NCBI GenBank assembly: GCA_963777265.1
Contig: CAVZPY010000007.1
Location: 4,245 to 68,244 of the forward strand
Length of the DNA stretch: 64,000 bases
Source of the DNA: an uncultured Alphaproteobacteria bacterium
GTDB lineage: Bacteria > Pseudomonadota > Alphaproteobacteria > Acetobacterales > Acetobacteraceae
Direction of reading: 5' to 3'
Shown: piece after piece, positions 18,104-28,379 of the stretch
How positions within the stretch are numbered: position 1 is the stretch's first letter
Layout: every line of letters starts with the position of its first letter
Notes under the pieces: generated by a model
Seen by the model: the letters and a program-made list of their open reading frames with translations, nothing else
Told to the model about the DNA's origin: nothing
Database searches by the model: none
Translations under genes and position numbers: made by a program

Positions 18104-19204
18104 ATGAAGCGAATGTTCGATCGACGCAGCATTCTTCGTGCGGGCGGTGCCGGCCTCGCGGGCGCCGGGCTGCTCGCAGCGGGCGGAGCCGCGCGGCCGG
18201 CGATCGCCGCGGGCAAGACCTACCACATCGCGCTGTCGAATTCCTACATCGGCAACAAGTGGCGCATCGAGATGGAGAACGTCTTCAAGGCGGCGCTGCA
18301 GATGGAGCCGTTCAAGTCCGAGGTGGTCGGGAGCTGGTACAATTCCGGCAACGACGCCAGCAAGCAGTCGCAGCAGATCTCGCAACTGATCTCGCAGCGG
18401 GTGGATGCGATCGTGGTGAACGCCGCCTCGCCGACCGCGCTCAATGGCATCCTTAACCAGGCCGCGGCACGCCGTATCCTGGTCGTGTCGTTCGATAACG
18501 TGGTGACCACCGAGAAGGCGCTGAAGGTCAACACCGACCAGTTCCAATTCGGCCGCCGGATGGCCGCATGGCTGGCGCAGAAACTGGGCGGCAAGGGCAA
18601 CGTCATCATGGTGACCGGCGTTGCCGGCACCTTCGTTGACCAGGACCGCAACAAGGGCGCCGAAAGCGTCTGGGCCAAGAACCCCGGCATCAAGGTGGTC
18701 AACCGCTTCACCGGCATGTGGGACAGCTCGGTCGCCGAACGCAACACTTCGGCGGTGCTGCCATCGCTGCCGCAGATCGACGGCATCTGGTGCCAGGGCG
18801 GCACCGACGGCGTGCTCAAGGCATTCATCGCGGCGAACCGCAAGCTGCCGCCGACCGCCGGCGAAGCCGAGAACGGCTTTCGCAAGTTCATGATCGGCTA
18901 CATGGGCCACAAGGTGGAGGGGATTTCCATCGGCCAGCCGCCCTTCCTCTCGGTGGTCTCGCTGGCACTCGCGCATCGGGTGCTGAACGGGAGCTATCCG
19001 AAGCAGAACATCACCATCCCGTTCCCCACCGTGACCAACGAGACGGTCAAGGTGGGCGAGACCGTGTTCCCCGATCTGCCCGACAGCTTCTTTGACGACT
19101 TCACGGACAGCGGCAGCAATGCGGTGGTGAAGCTGTGCAGCACCGCGGCGCTGGACGGCAAGCCGTGCGACGGCACCCTCGAGGTCAACCTGCCCAAGTC
19201 ATGA
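18104..19204 (+). CDS. Sugar ABC transporter periplasmic substrate-binding protein (PBP type I), Tat-type signal
   Basis: RBS GGAAGGAGG, MKRMFDRRSILRAGGAGLAGAGLLAA…AIAA signal, and a ribose/AI-2-like PBP fold (HIALSNSYIGNKWR…VDAIVVNAASP…). Confidence 0.88.
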   Translation: MKRMFDRRSILRAGGAGLAGAGLLAAGGAARPAIAAGKTYHIALSNSYIGNKWRIEMENVFKAALQMEPFKSEVVGSWYNSGNDASKQSQQISQLISQRVDAIVVNAASPTALNGILNQAAARRILVVSFDNVVTTEKALKVNTDQFQFGRRMAAWLAQKLGGKGNVIMVTGVAGTFVDQDRNKGAESVWAKNPGIKVVNRFTGMWDSSVAERNTSAVLPSLPQIDGIWCQGGTDGVLKAFIAANRKLPPTAGEAENGFRKFMIGYMGHKVEGISIGQPPFLSVVSLALAHRVLNGSYPKQNITIPFPTVTNETVKVGETVFPDLPDSFFDDFTDSGSNAVVKLCSTAALDGKPCDGTLEVNLPKS

Positions 19205-20736
19205 CCGACCTGCCGCAGCGCACCGGCGGCACCTCCGCCCCACCGGTTGTGGAGGGGACCCGGCTGGTCAAGTCGTTCGGCGGCGTGCGGGCGCTCGATC
19301 AGGCGTCGTTCGGCGCCGCCGCGGGCGAGGTGCACGCGCTCGTCGGCGAGAACGGCGCCGGCAAGAGCACGCTGATCAAGGTGCTGGGCGGCCGGCTGCG
19401 GCCGGATGCCGGGGCCGTCCGCATCAAAGGCCGTGCGGTTACGCTCTCCGGCTCGCAGGACGCGCACCGGCTCGGCGCCTGGACGGTGTTCCAGGAGCTC
19501 ACCTTGCTGCCCTGGATGACCGTCGCCGAGAACCTGCTGCTCGCGCGCGAGCCGCGCGGATCGCTGGGTCTGATCGACCGCCGGCGGCTGCGGCGCGACG
19601 CCGAGGCGCTGCTCGCCGGCTTCGGCATGGCGCATATCGACCCGCTGGCGCTGGTGGAGGACATCTCGCTCGCCGAGCGCCAGATCGTCGAGATCGTCCG
19701 CGCGATCAGCAACCAGCCGGACATCCTGTTCCTCGACGAGCCGACCTCTTCGCTGGTCGAGCGCGAGGTCGCGTGGCTGTTCGCCCAAATCCGGCGGCTG
19801 CGCGCCGGCGGCACCTGCATCGTGTTCACCTCTCACCGCTGGAACGAGATCAGCAGCATTGCCGACCGCATCACCGTATTCCGCGGCGGCGGGGACGTCG
19901 GCACGTTCGAGACGCTGGCCGAGGATGACGCCGTGACCCTGATGACGGGGCAGCGGGTAGACACCCTCTATCCAGACTTGCCGGCGCTCGCGGCACCGGT
20001 AGCGGCGCTGGAGGTGAGCCATTTCCGCGGATCGCGGGTGCAGGACGTCTCGCTGACCCTGCACCGGGGCGAGGTGCTGGGCGTCGGCGGCCTCGCGGGG
20101 CATGGCCATCGGGAGCTGTTCTTCATGCTGTTCGGCGCCGAGCGGCGGGATGCCGGCACATTGACGCTTGACGGCGAACCATTGCGCATCCGCAGTCCGC
20201 GCGACGCGGTGCGCCGGCGCGTCGGCATCGCCCTGGTGCCGGAGGACCGCAAGACCGAGGGCCTTCTGCTCGCGATGAGCGTCGAGCACAATTTGACGCT
20301 CGCGATCCTGCGGCGCCTCTCGCGCTTCGGCGTCCTGCGTCGGCGGCTGGAGCGGCACCGGGCCGAGGTGCTGGTCGACCACCTGCACGTGCGCAGTCCC
20401 GGCCTCGGCGCATCGGTCGGCGCGCTCTCCGGCGGCAACCAGCAGAAGGTGCTCGTCGGACGCTGGCTGCTGGCGGAAAGTCGCATTCTGCTATTCTACG
20501 ACATCACGCGCGGCGTCGATATGGCGACCAAGCACGAGATGTACGCGCTCATGCTTCGCCTGGCGGCCGAGGGGCGCTCGATCCTGTTCTATTCCAGCGA
20601 TGCCGAGGAGCTGGCGCATCTGTCGCACCGGGTGCTGGTGATGCGCGAGGGCCGGATCGCCGCCGAGCTGCACGCGCCCGGCATCACCGCCGAGCACATC
20701 GTCTCCGCGGCCGTGCGGGACCGCGTTGCCGCCTGA
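19201..20736 (+). CDS. Sugar ABC transporter ATP-binding protein (duplicated ATPase domains)
   Basis: ATGA overlap with the SBP gene. Walker A GENGAGKST, ILFLDEPTSSL, a second degenerate NBD, and LSGGNQQK signature. Confidence 0.92.
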   Translation: MTDLPQRTGGTSAPPVVEGTRLVKSFGGVRALDQASFGAAAGEVHALVGENGAGKSTLIKVLGGRLRPDAGAVRIKGRAVTLSGSQDAHRLGAWTVFQELTLLPWMTVAENLLLAREPRGSLGLIDRRRLRRDAEALLAGFGMAHIDPLALVEDISLAERQIVEIVRAISNQPDILFLDEPTSSLVEREVAWLFAQIRRLRAGGTCIVFTSHRWNEISSIADRITVFRGGGDVGTFETLAEDDAVTLMTGQRVDTLYPDLPALAAPVAALEVSHFRGSRVQDVSLTLHRGEVLGVGGLAGHGHRELFFMLFGAERRDAGTLTLDGEPLRIRSPRDAVRRRVGIALVPEDRKTEGLLLAMSVEHNLTLAILRRLSRFGVLRRRLERHRAEVLVDHLHVRSPGLGASVGALSGGNQQKVLVGRWLLAESRILLFYDITRGVDMATKHEMYALMLRLAAEGRSILFYSSDAEELAHLSHRVLVMREGRIAAELHAPGITAEHIVSAAVRDRVAA

Positions 20737-21736
20737 CACGACAGGCGCCGCCGCCCTGCCAGCACGCCGGCGGTCGCGCCTCGCGCACGGGCTCGGGCAG
20801 AATGCCGGGCTGTGGCTGGCGATCGCGATGCTGGCCGCGAGCCTGATCCTCTACTGCGCGATCTACGCCGCCGCCCAGCAGCGTTTTCCCGGCAACTTCG
20901 AGCTGACATCGACGGTGAACAACACGATGCCGCTGGTGTTCGCCGGCATCGCTCAGACGGTAGTAGTGATCACCCGCGGGCTCGACCTCTCGGTGGGTGG
21001 CGTGATCGATCTGACGAACGCGCTCGCCGCGGTCGCTCTGCCCAAATCGGGCGCCGGGATGATCGGCGTCAGCCTGCTGGTGCTGGGCGTCGGTGCGGCG
21101 TGCGGCGTGCTGAACGGAATCCTGGTCGCGATCGGGCGGCTGCAGCCGATCCTGGTGACGCTCGCCACACTTTCGATCTTCCAGGGCATCGCGATCCGGG
21201 TACTGCCGCAGCCCGGTGGCGCGGTGCCGGCGGCCTATACCGACGTGCTCGCCAACCCGAACCGGCCATTCTCGCTGCTATATCTGGTGTTGGCGGGACT
21301 GCTCTGGATGCTGTTTCGGCGCACGCGGCTCGGCGTCGGCATCTACGCGATCGGCAACGACGAGAGGGCGGCGGAGAGCAACGGCATCAATACCCGGTGG
21401 AGCAAGATCCTGGCTTATGGGCTGAGCGGGATGCTGGCGGCCTGCGGCGGCCTGTTTCTCGCCGCCACCTCGACCGCGGGCGACGCAACCACGGGCAACA
21501 GCTACACCCTGACCTCGATCGTCGCTGTGGTGCTGGGCGGGGTGAACCTGTTCGGCGGGCGCGGCAGCGCGATCGGCGCCATGCTCGGCGCCTTCGTCAT
21601 CACCATGATCGTCAACATCCTGTTCTTCGCGCAGATAGACCCGCTGTTTCAGGCGTTCTACGAGGGGCTGTTCCTGGTGATCGCCGTGGTGCTCGCCGGC
21701 GGCATCGGCCGGCTGCTGCGCAGGCCCGGCGGATGA
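20726..21736 (+). CDS. Sugar ABC transporter permease 1
   Basis: Ten-TM-type RbsC/AraH-like permease (…TRGLDLSVGGVIDL…GGVNLFGGRGS…). TTG start overlaps the ATPase stop, so the start is uncertain. Confidence 0.85.
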   Translation: MPPDTTGAAALPARRRSRLAHGLGQNAGLWLAIAMLAASLILYCAIYAAAQQRFPGNFELTSTVNNTMPLVFAGIAQTVVVITRGLDLSVGGVIDLTNALAAVALPKSGAGMIGVSLLVLGVGAACGVLNGILVAIGRLQPILVTLATLSIFQGIAIRVLPQPGGAVPAAYTDVLANPNRPFSLLYLVLAGLLWMLFRRTRLGVGIYAIGNDERAAESNGINTRWSKILAYGLSGMLAACGGLFLAATSTAGDATTGNSYTLTSIVAVVLGGVNLFGGRGSAIGAMLGAFVITMIVNILFFAQIDPLFQAFYEGLFLVIAVVLAGGIGRLLRRPGG

Positions 21737-22740
21737 TACGGGAGCCCGGCGCGGCGCGCGAGGCGGTATCCGCGCCCGCCGCAATGCGCGGCTTCGCATC
21801 GGTGGAGCATCGCCGCATCGCCTATGCGTTCTGCGCCGCGGTGCTGCTGTTCACAGTCGGCGCCCTGGTGCGCCCGGGCTTCGCCCGGCCCGCGAGCATC
21901 GAGGCGGTGCTCGTAGTTGCTTCGTTCGTCGGCCTAGTGGCTGCCGGACAGACCTTCGTCATCCTGATCGGCGGGATCGACCTCTCTGTGCCCTGGGTGC
22001 TGAACGCGGCCGCGATCCTGATCGCCACCAGCTCGCTCGGGCTGAACGCCCGCGCCGCTTACGCGCTCGTGCTGACCTTGGGGATGGGCGCGCTGGTTGG
22101 GTTGCTGAACGGGCTTGGGATCGCGCTGCTGGGCGTGCCGGCCGTGGTGATGACGCTGGCGATGAACGGCATCATGGAGGGGCTGACGCTCGGCCTCTCC
22201 GGTGGCCTGACCTGCGGCACCTGCGCCTCCTATGCGCCGCCGATCGTGCAGGCGGCGGTGCATGGACACGTGCTCGGCATTCCCGCGGTGCTCTATCTCT
22301 GGCTGGTCGTGATCGCGGCGGTTTCCTTCGTGCTTGGCCGCACCCGTTTCGGGCGCAGCACCTACGCGATCGGCAACAACGCGCGCGCGAGCTTCCTCGC
22401 CGGATTGGATGTCACCGCGACGACGGTGGCGCTGTACGCGCTCAGCGGATTTTTCGCGGCGCTCGCCGGCATCATGCTGGTGGGTTTCGGCGGGCAGGCG
22501 AGTTTGGGAATGGGGGATCCGTACCTGTTCCAGTCGATTGCCGCGGTCGTGATCGGCGGGGTCTATATCCTGGGCGGGCGCGGGCACTACATCGGGTCGG
22601 TCGCCGGCGCCATCAGCCTGGTCGCCCTGATCAGCGTGCTGATGGCGATGAACATGCCCGAATATGGGCGGAGCATCCTCTACGGCGTGATCATCCTCGG
22701 ATTGCTGCTGCTCTACGGCCGCGATACCGGGGAAGGCTGA
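21733..22740 (+). CDS. Sugar ABC transporter permease 2
   Basis: ATGA overlap with permease 1. GGIDLSVPWVLN…GGVYILGGRGH motifs. The upstream 300 aa of ORF 20812..22740 is off-frame read-through. Confidence 0.88.
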   Translation: MIREPGAAREAVSAPAAMRGFASVEHRRIAYAFCAAVLLFTVGALVRPGFARPASIEAVLVVASFVGLVAAGQTFVILIGGIDLSVPWVLNAAAILIATSSLGLNARAAYALVLTLGMGALVGLLNGLGIALLGVPAVVMTLAMNGIMEGLTLGLSGGLTCGTCASYAPPIVQAAVHGHVLGIPAVLYLWLVVIAAVSFVLGRTRFGRSTYAIGNNARASFLAGLDVTATTVALYALSGFFAALAGIMLVGFGGQASLGMGDPYLFQSIAAVVIGGVYILGGRGHYIGSVAGAISLVALISVLMAMNMPEYGRSILYGVIILGLLLLYGRDTGEG

Positions 22741-22761
22741 ATCGTCCTGCGGGGGCATGAC

Positions 22762-23166
22762 GTGCCCCGGTTCGCGGCGCCATTCGCGCTTACAACTTCC
22801 ACCAGCGTGGCGGACCCCGGGGAGGCGCTTGCGCGCAATCCCGTGCGCGCCGACAACGTCGCCATGCTGCTCCGCATTCTCGACATCCATGTCCGCCCCG
22901 ACCGCGTGCCCGAATGGCTGCGCTTCACCCGCGACCAGGGCTTTCCGGGGATGCTCCGCCAGCCCGGATGCCGCTCGATCCAGCGGTTACGGGTCCACGG
23001 CACCGCGGCCGACTTCCGGGTGATGACCCTCTGGGATAGCCCCGAGCACCTGGAGCGCTTCCGCGCCAGCGCAGACATGCGCGACCTCACCCTTGCCTCC
23101 GCCGGCTTCACCGAAGGCCACTCCGCCGAGCTCTTGTTCGACGTGATCGACGATCCCGCCGGTTGA
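22762..23166 (+). CDS. Antibiotic-biosynthesis-monooxygenase (ABM/Dabb) domain protein
   Basis: MLLRILDIHVRPDRVPEWLRFT…FRVMTLWDSPEHLERFRAS is ABM-like. GTG 22762 is chosen because third-position G+C stays high from there. ATG 22864 is the alternative start. Confidence 0.65.
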   Translation: MPRFAAPFALTTSTSVADPGEALARNPVRADNVAMLLRILDIHVRPDRVPEWLRFTRDQGFPGMLRQPGCRSIQRLRVHGTAADFRVMTLWDSPEHLERFRASADMRDLTLASAGFTEGHSAELLFDVIDDPAG

Positions 23167-23229
23167 CCCCAGAGATTGACCCATGACGCCCGGCTTCGCG
23201 CCGGGCGGCCTGCCGGCTACTCTGCCGCC

Positions 23230-24630
23230 ATGCGCTATCTTTCCACCCGCGGCCGCGCGCCTGCGCGCGACTTCTCCGGCGTCCTGCTCGCCGGCCTCGC
23301 CGAGGATGGCGGCCTCTACGTTCCGGCCGAGTGGCCGCATTTTGCGGCCGCCGACCTGCGCGCGCTCCGCGGACTGCCCTATTCCGAGCTCGCCGCCCGT
23401 GTGACCGCGCCCTTCGCCGGCCCCGCAATCCCCTTCGCGACCCTGCAAGCCCTCTGCCGAGACGCCTATAGGGACTTCGACCATCCGGCGACCGCGCCCC
23501 TGGTCCAGATCGCCCCCGACCTCTGGCTACTGGAGCTGTTCCACGGCCCGACGCTCGCCTTCAAGGATTTCGGTCTGCAACTGCTCGCCCGGCTGTTCGA
23601 GCACGCGCTGGCCGGGCGTGGCGGGAGGATCGCGATCGTCGGCGCCACCTCCGGCGACACCGGCTCGGCCGCAATCGAGGCGTGCCGCGGGCGGGCGGGC
23701 ATCGACATCGCCATCCTCCACCCCGACGGGCGCACCAGCGCCGTGCAGCGCCGCCAGATGACCACGGTGGACGCGGCGAACGTCGCCAACCTCGCGGTCG
23801 CCGGCAGCTTCGATGACTGCCAGGATTTGCTGAAGGGGATGTTCGCCGACGCGCCGTTTCGCGAGGAGGTGCATCTCGCCGCCGTCAACTCGATCAACTG
23901 GGCGCGGGTCGCCGCCCAGATCGCCTATTACGTCGCGGCCGGGGTGGCACTGGGCGCTCCCGACCGGCCGGTTGCCTTCGCCGTCCCGACCGGCAATTTC
24001 GGCAACGTGCTTGCCGCCTGGGCGGCGCGGCGGATCGGGCTGCCGGTCGTGCGCCTCGTCATTGGCACTAACCGCAACGACATCCTCGCCCGCTTCCTCG
24101 CCGCCAACGATATGTCAGTGCGCCCGGTGCAGCCCAGCCTCTCGCCCAGCATGGACATCCAGGTCAGCTCCAATTTCGAGCGCCTGCTGTTCGAGCTGCT
24201 CGACCGCGACGCGGACGCGACCGCCGCCGCCATGCGCGGCTTCCGCACCACCGGCCGGATGCCGGTCCCGGACACGGCCTGGCACCGCGCCCGCGAGACG
24301 ATGGCCAGTTTCGCCCTCGATGACCCAGGCACGGAGGCCGAAATCCGCCGCGTCCACGCCGAGACGGGGATGCTGATCGACCCCCACACCGCGATCGGCG
24401 TCGCCGCCGCCCGTGCCCATCGGAACCCAGGCGTGCCCACCATCGTCGCCGCCACCGCCCACCCGGCCAAGTTCCCCGACGCCGTTGCCGCGGCGACCGG
24501 CATCCGCCCCCCCCTGCCGCCGCGGCTCGCGGGCCTATATGAAAGGGACGAACGGTTCACCCGCATCCCCGCCGATCTCGCCGCCGCCGAGGCGGCCGTC
24601 CGGGCCCTGGTCAGAAGGAACACCGCATGA
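23230..24630 (+). CDS. thrC: Threonine synthase
   Basis: MRYLSTRG…GGLYVP N-terminus, PLP lysine motif PTLAFKDFG, and GATSGDTGSAA. Confidence 0.95.
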   Translation: MRYLSTRGRAPARDFSGVLLAGLAEDGGLYVPAEWPHFAAADLRALRGLPYSELAARVTAPFAGPAIPFATLQALCRDAYRDFDHPATAPLVQIAPDLWLLELFHGPTLAFKDFGLQLLARLFEHALAGRGGRIAIVGATSGDTGSAAIEACRGRAGIDIAILHPDGRTSAVQRRQMTTVDAANVANLAVAGSFDDCQDLLKGMFADAPFREEVHLAAVNSINWARVAAQIAYYVAAGVALGAPDRPVAFAVPTGNFGNVLAAWAARRIGLPVVRLVIGTNRNDILARFLAANDMSVRPVQPSLSPSMDIQVSSNFERLLFELLDRDADATAAAMRGFRTTGRMPVPDTAWHRARETMASFALDDPGTEAEIRRVHAETGMLIDPHTAIGVAAARAHRNPGVPTIVAATAHPAKFPDAVAAATGIRPPLPPRLAGLYERDERFTRIPADLAAAEAAVRALVRRNTA

Positions 24631-25937
24631 ACAGCGACGCGATCCGCGTCACCGCCGGCACGCCCGCCGCCGTCTCCGACGCGATCCGCGTCAGCCGCCT
24701 GCCCTCCGGACTCACCGTCGTGACCGAGCGCATGGACCGCGTCGAGACGGTCTCGCTCGGCGCCTATGTCGGCGCCGGCACCCGCCACGAGAGGGCGGAG
24801 GAGAACGGGGTCTCCCACTTTCTCGAGCACATGGCCTTCAAAGGCACCGCGCGCCGCTCGGCCGCCGCCATTGCCGAGGAGATCGAGAACGTCGGCGGCC
24901 ACATCAACGCCTACACCGCCCGCGAGCAAACCGCCTATTATGTGAAACTCCTGCGCGAGGATCTCGCCCTCGGCGCGGATATTGTGGGCGACATCCTGAG
25001 TCATTCGATGTTCGCGCCCGATGAGTTGGAGCGTGAGCGCGGCGTGATCCTGCAAGAGATCGGGCAGGCCAACGATACGCCTGACGACATCATCTTCGAT
25101 CACTTCCAGGAGACCGCATTCCCGGCCCAGCCGATGGGCCGCCCGGTGCTCGGCACCGAGACAGTGATCCGCGCCCTGAGCCGTGAGCGGCTAACCGGCT
25201 ACATGCACGCCCACTACGCCGCCGGCAACGTCGTGCTCGCGGCCGCCGGCGCGCTGGAACACGAGGAGGTGCTCGATCTGGCCCGCTGCCACTTCGCTGA
25301 CCTGCCGGCCGAGATGCCCGCGGCCGCAATCCCCGGCCGCTACCAGGGCGGCGAGTTCCGTGAGGAGCGCGAGCTCGACCAGGTGCATATCGTGCTCGGC
25401 TTTCCGGCCGTCTCCTATGCCGACCCGGACTACTACCCGGTGCTGCTGCTTTCCACGCTGCTCGGCGGCGGCATGTCCTCGCGGCTGTTCCAGGAGGTGC
25501 GGGAGAAGCGGGGGCTGGTGTATTCGATCTACTCGTTCAACGCGCCGCACGCCGATGGCGGCCTGTTCGGCATCTATGCCGGCACCGGCGAGCGCGAGGC
25601 GGCGGAGGTGGTGCCGGTGACGCTCGAGGAGCTGCGCAAAGTGCAGCACGGCGTCAACGAAGCCGAACTCGCCCGCGCCCGTGCCCAGGTGAAGGCGTCG
25701 CTGCTGATGTCGCTGGAGAGCACCGGAGCTCGCTGTGAGCAGCTCGCTCGCCAGCTTCAGGTGTTCGGCCGGGTGGTGCCGACCGCCGAGACGGTGGCAA
25801 AGATCAACGCCGTGACCCTCGATGACATCTGTGGCGCCGCCGCCCGCATCTTCCGCGGCGCGCCGACCTTGGCGGCGCTCGGCCCGGCCGAGCACGTGCC
25901 TGGCCTGCCGGCCATCACAGACCGGCTTGCCGCCTGA
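24627..25937 (+). CDS. M16-family zinc peptidase (MPP/PqqL-like processing protease)
   Basis: ATGA overlap with thrC. Inverted zinc motif HFLEHMAFKGT and …ENVGGHINAYT…. Confidence 0.92.
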   Translation: MNSDAIRVTAGTPAAVSDAIRVSRLPSGLTVVTERMDRVETVSLGAYVGAGTRHERAEENGVSHFLEHMAFKGTARRSAAAIAEEIENVGGHINAYTAREQTAYYVKLLREDLALGADIVGDILSHSMFAPDELERERGVILQEIGQANDTPDDIIFDHFQETAFPAQPMGRPVLGTETVIRALSRERLTGYMHAHYAAGNVVLAAAGALEHEEVLDLARCHFADLPAEMPAAAIPGRYQGGEFREERELDQVHIVLGFPAVSYADPDYYPVLLLSTLLGGGMSSRLFQEVREKRGLVYSIYSFNAPHADGGLFGIYAGTGEREAAEVVPVTLEELRKVQHGVNEAELARARAQVKASLLMSLESTGARCEQLARQLQVFGRVVPTAETVAKINAVTLDDICGAAARIFRGAPTLAALGPAEHVPGLPAITDRLAA

Positions 25938-25944
25938 GGTGCCG

Positions 25945-27279
25945 ATGAAGGAAGGCCCCGACCTGCTGCCCGCCCTGCTTGATGCGGCACGGGCGGCCGG
26001 GGCGGACGCGGCCGACGCGGTGCTGATCGTCGGCACCTCCCTCGGCGTGCAGCGCCGGCTCGGCCAGACCGAGCACGTTGAGCGCGCCGAGAGCCGCGAT
26101 CTCGGCCTGCGCGTGTTCGTGGGCAAGCGCGCTGCGATTGTCTCATCCAACGTGCTCGATCGCGGGGGCTTCGCGGCGCTGGCCGAGCGGGCGGTGGCGA
26201 TGGCGCGCGTGGTGCCGGAAGACCCGTTCGCGGGCCTTGCCGAGGCGATGGCGCCTGTCGCCGATGCAGCTCAGCTCGATCTCGACGATCCCGGCGAGCC
26301 GAATGTTGCGGCCCTGCTCGACCGCGCTGCGGCCGCCGAGGACGCGGCGCTGGCGGTGCCGGGCATCACCAATACTGAGGGCACGGAGGCAGGATTCGGC
26401 CGCACCGAGATCGCACTTGCAACCTCGGCCGGCTTTTTCGGCTGCTATCGCCGCTCCAGCCATTCGGTCGCCGCGACCGCGCTCGCGGGGCGGGGGACCG
26501 GAATGCAGCGCGATTACGACTATGCGACCGTGGTCCACGCCGCCGATCTCGAAGACCCCGCCGCGATCGGCCGCCGCGCCGCCGAGCGGGCGCTGGCCCG
26601 GCTCGATCCGGCACGGCCCGCAACCGCGGTGCTGCCGGTTATTTATGATCCGCGCGTCGCCGGGAGCCTGCTCGGCCACCTGCTCGGGGCGATCAACGGC
26701 GCCGCGGTCGCGCGCGGCACCAGCTTCCTGCGTGAGCGAATGGGAAGCCGCATCTTCGCTCCCGGCATCACGGTGCACGACGATCCGCACCGCGTGCGCG
26801 GCCTGCGCTCCGCCCCGTTCGACGGCGAGGGCGTGCCGACCGCTGCGCGCGACCTGATCGCCGACGGCGTGCTGACCACCTGGCTCCTGGATGCCCGCAG
26901 CGCGCGCCAGTTGGGAATGCGCAGCACCGGCCATGCCGGACGCGGCACGGGTGGCCCGCCCTCGCCGGGGGCGAGCAACGTGCATTTGGAACCGGGATCG
27001 CTCAGCCCGGCGGCGTTGATGGCAGACATCAAGCTCGGCCTCTATGTCACCGAGCTGATTGGCATGGGCGTAAACAACGTCACGGGCGATTACAGCCGTG
27101 GTGCCGCCGGTTTCATGATCCGCGACGGCGCGATCGCCGAGCCGGTCGCCGAGATCACCGTTGCCGGCAACCTGATCGAGATGTTCTCCCGCCTCACCCC
27201 CGCCGACGACCTCGTGTTCCGCCGTGCCGTCAACGCACCCACGGTGCGTATCGACGGCCTGACAATGGCGGGTGCCTGA
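25945..27279 (+). CDS. pmbA: TldD/PmbA-family metalloprotease (PmbA)
   Basis: Full-length PmbA-like sequence (…GLRVFVGKRAAIVSSN…, …GDYSRGAAGFMIRDG…VAGNL…). Confidence 0.9.
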   Translation: MKEGPDLLPALLDAARAAGADAADAVLIVGTSLGVQRRLGQTEHVERAESRDLGLRVFVGKRAAIVSSNVLDRGGFAALAERAVAMARVVPEDPFAGLAEAMAPVADAAQLDLDDPGEPNVAALLDRAAAAEDAALAVPGITNTEGTEAGFGRTEIALATSAGFFGCYRRSSHSVAATALAGRGTGMQRDYDYATVVHAADLEDPAAIGRRAAERALARLDPARPATAVLPVIYDPRVAGSLLGHLLGAINGAAVARGTSFLRERMGSRIFAPGITVHDDPHRVRGLRSAPFDGEGVPTAARDLIADGVLTTWLLDARSARQLGMRSTGHAGRGTGGPPSPGASNVHLEPGSLSPAALMADIKLGLYVTELIGMGVNNVTGDYSRGAAGFMIRDGAIAEPVAEITVAGNLIEMFSRLTPADDLVFRRAVNAPTVRIDGLTMAGA

Positions 27280-27284
27280 GCGCG

Positions 27285-28167
27285 GTGATCGTCGTCTTCG
27301 GCTCGATCAATCTCGACATCGTTTTCCCGTTGCCCGTCACTGCCGCACCCGGGCGAAACGGTGCTCGGACCGACGGCCCGGATGCACCCGGGGGGCAAGG
27401 GTGCCAACCAGGCGCTCGCCGCCGCCCGCGACGGCGCGGCGGTCGTGCTCGCGGGGGCGGTGGGTCGCGACGCGCTGGCGGACGCCGCGCTGGCATTGCT
27501 CGGGCCGGCCGGGATCGACCTGTCGCGGGTGGCCCGCGTCGAGGCGCTGACCGGATGCGCCGGCATCTGCGTGGATGCCGAGGGGCGCAACCAGATCGCC
27601 GTCGCATCCGGCGCAAATCTCCACGCCCGTGCCGCCCAGATCGAGGATGCGCTGCTCGACGCGGGCAACACGCTCGTGCTGCAGATGGAATGCGATGCCG
27701 GCGAGACCGCTTCGCTGATCGCGCGCGCCCGGCGGCGCGGGGCGCGTGTGGTGCTCAATCTGGCGCCCGCGGCGCCGCTGCCGCGCGAGGCGCTCGCGAC
27801 GGCGGATGTGCTGGTCGCCAATGAGGCCGAGGCGGTCTGGCTCGGTGGACATTTTGGCGGCGCATCGGACGCGCGTGGGCTGCACGCGACGCTCGGGCCT
27901 GCCGTGATCGTGACGCGCGGCGAGGCGGGCCTGGTGTGCGCGGGGCCCGCGGGGACGATCGCGCTGCTGGCCCGACCGGTGCGCGCGGTCGATACCACCG
28001 GTGCGGGCGACTGCTTCTGCGGGGTGCTCGCGGCAGCCCTGGACCGCGGCTCGCCGCTTCCGGCCGCCCTCGCGCGCGCCAATGCGGCGGCCTCGCTGAG
28101 CTGCACGCGCCCCGGCGCGCAGCCCAGTTTTCCGAGTGCCGCGGAGACGGACGCCGCACTCGGCTGA
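27285..28167 (+). pseudogene. rbsK: PfkB-family sugar kinase (ribokinase-like), frame broken near 27322-27345
   Basis: VIVVFGSINLDIVF is in frame 0, and LPHPGETVLG…HPGGKGANQALAAAR…TGAGDCFCG is in frame 1. The span is 3n+1. A TTTT run at 27322-27325 is a plausible site. Confidence 0.8.
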
Positions 28168-28379
28168 ACGGCGCCGGGACACGCAATCGGAATTGAGCAG
28201 CCGGTCGTGAGCAGGATGACCGGAGTGCAGCCTGGAGTGTTTTACCTACGCTCACGGATCGTTCAGTACGGTTCGGTGCGGATTTGATCGTAGTTTCACA
28301 GGCGATCCGCGGATCGTTCCACTGCGCGCGTCTAGACTAGTCGTTATCCTGGCGTCGAGCATTTCGAGGAGAAACCCCA

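Noticed and set aside
20812-22740. 642-aa ORF suggesting a large fused permease
   Set aside because: The first ~300 aa are an off-frame read-through of permease 1 (Arg-rich nonsense). The real second permease starts at ATG 21733, in an ATGA overlap.
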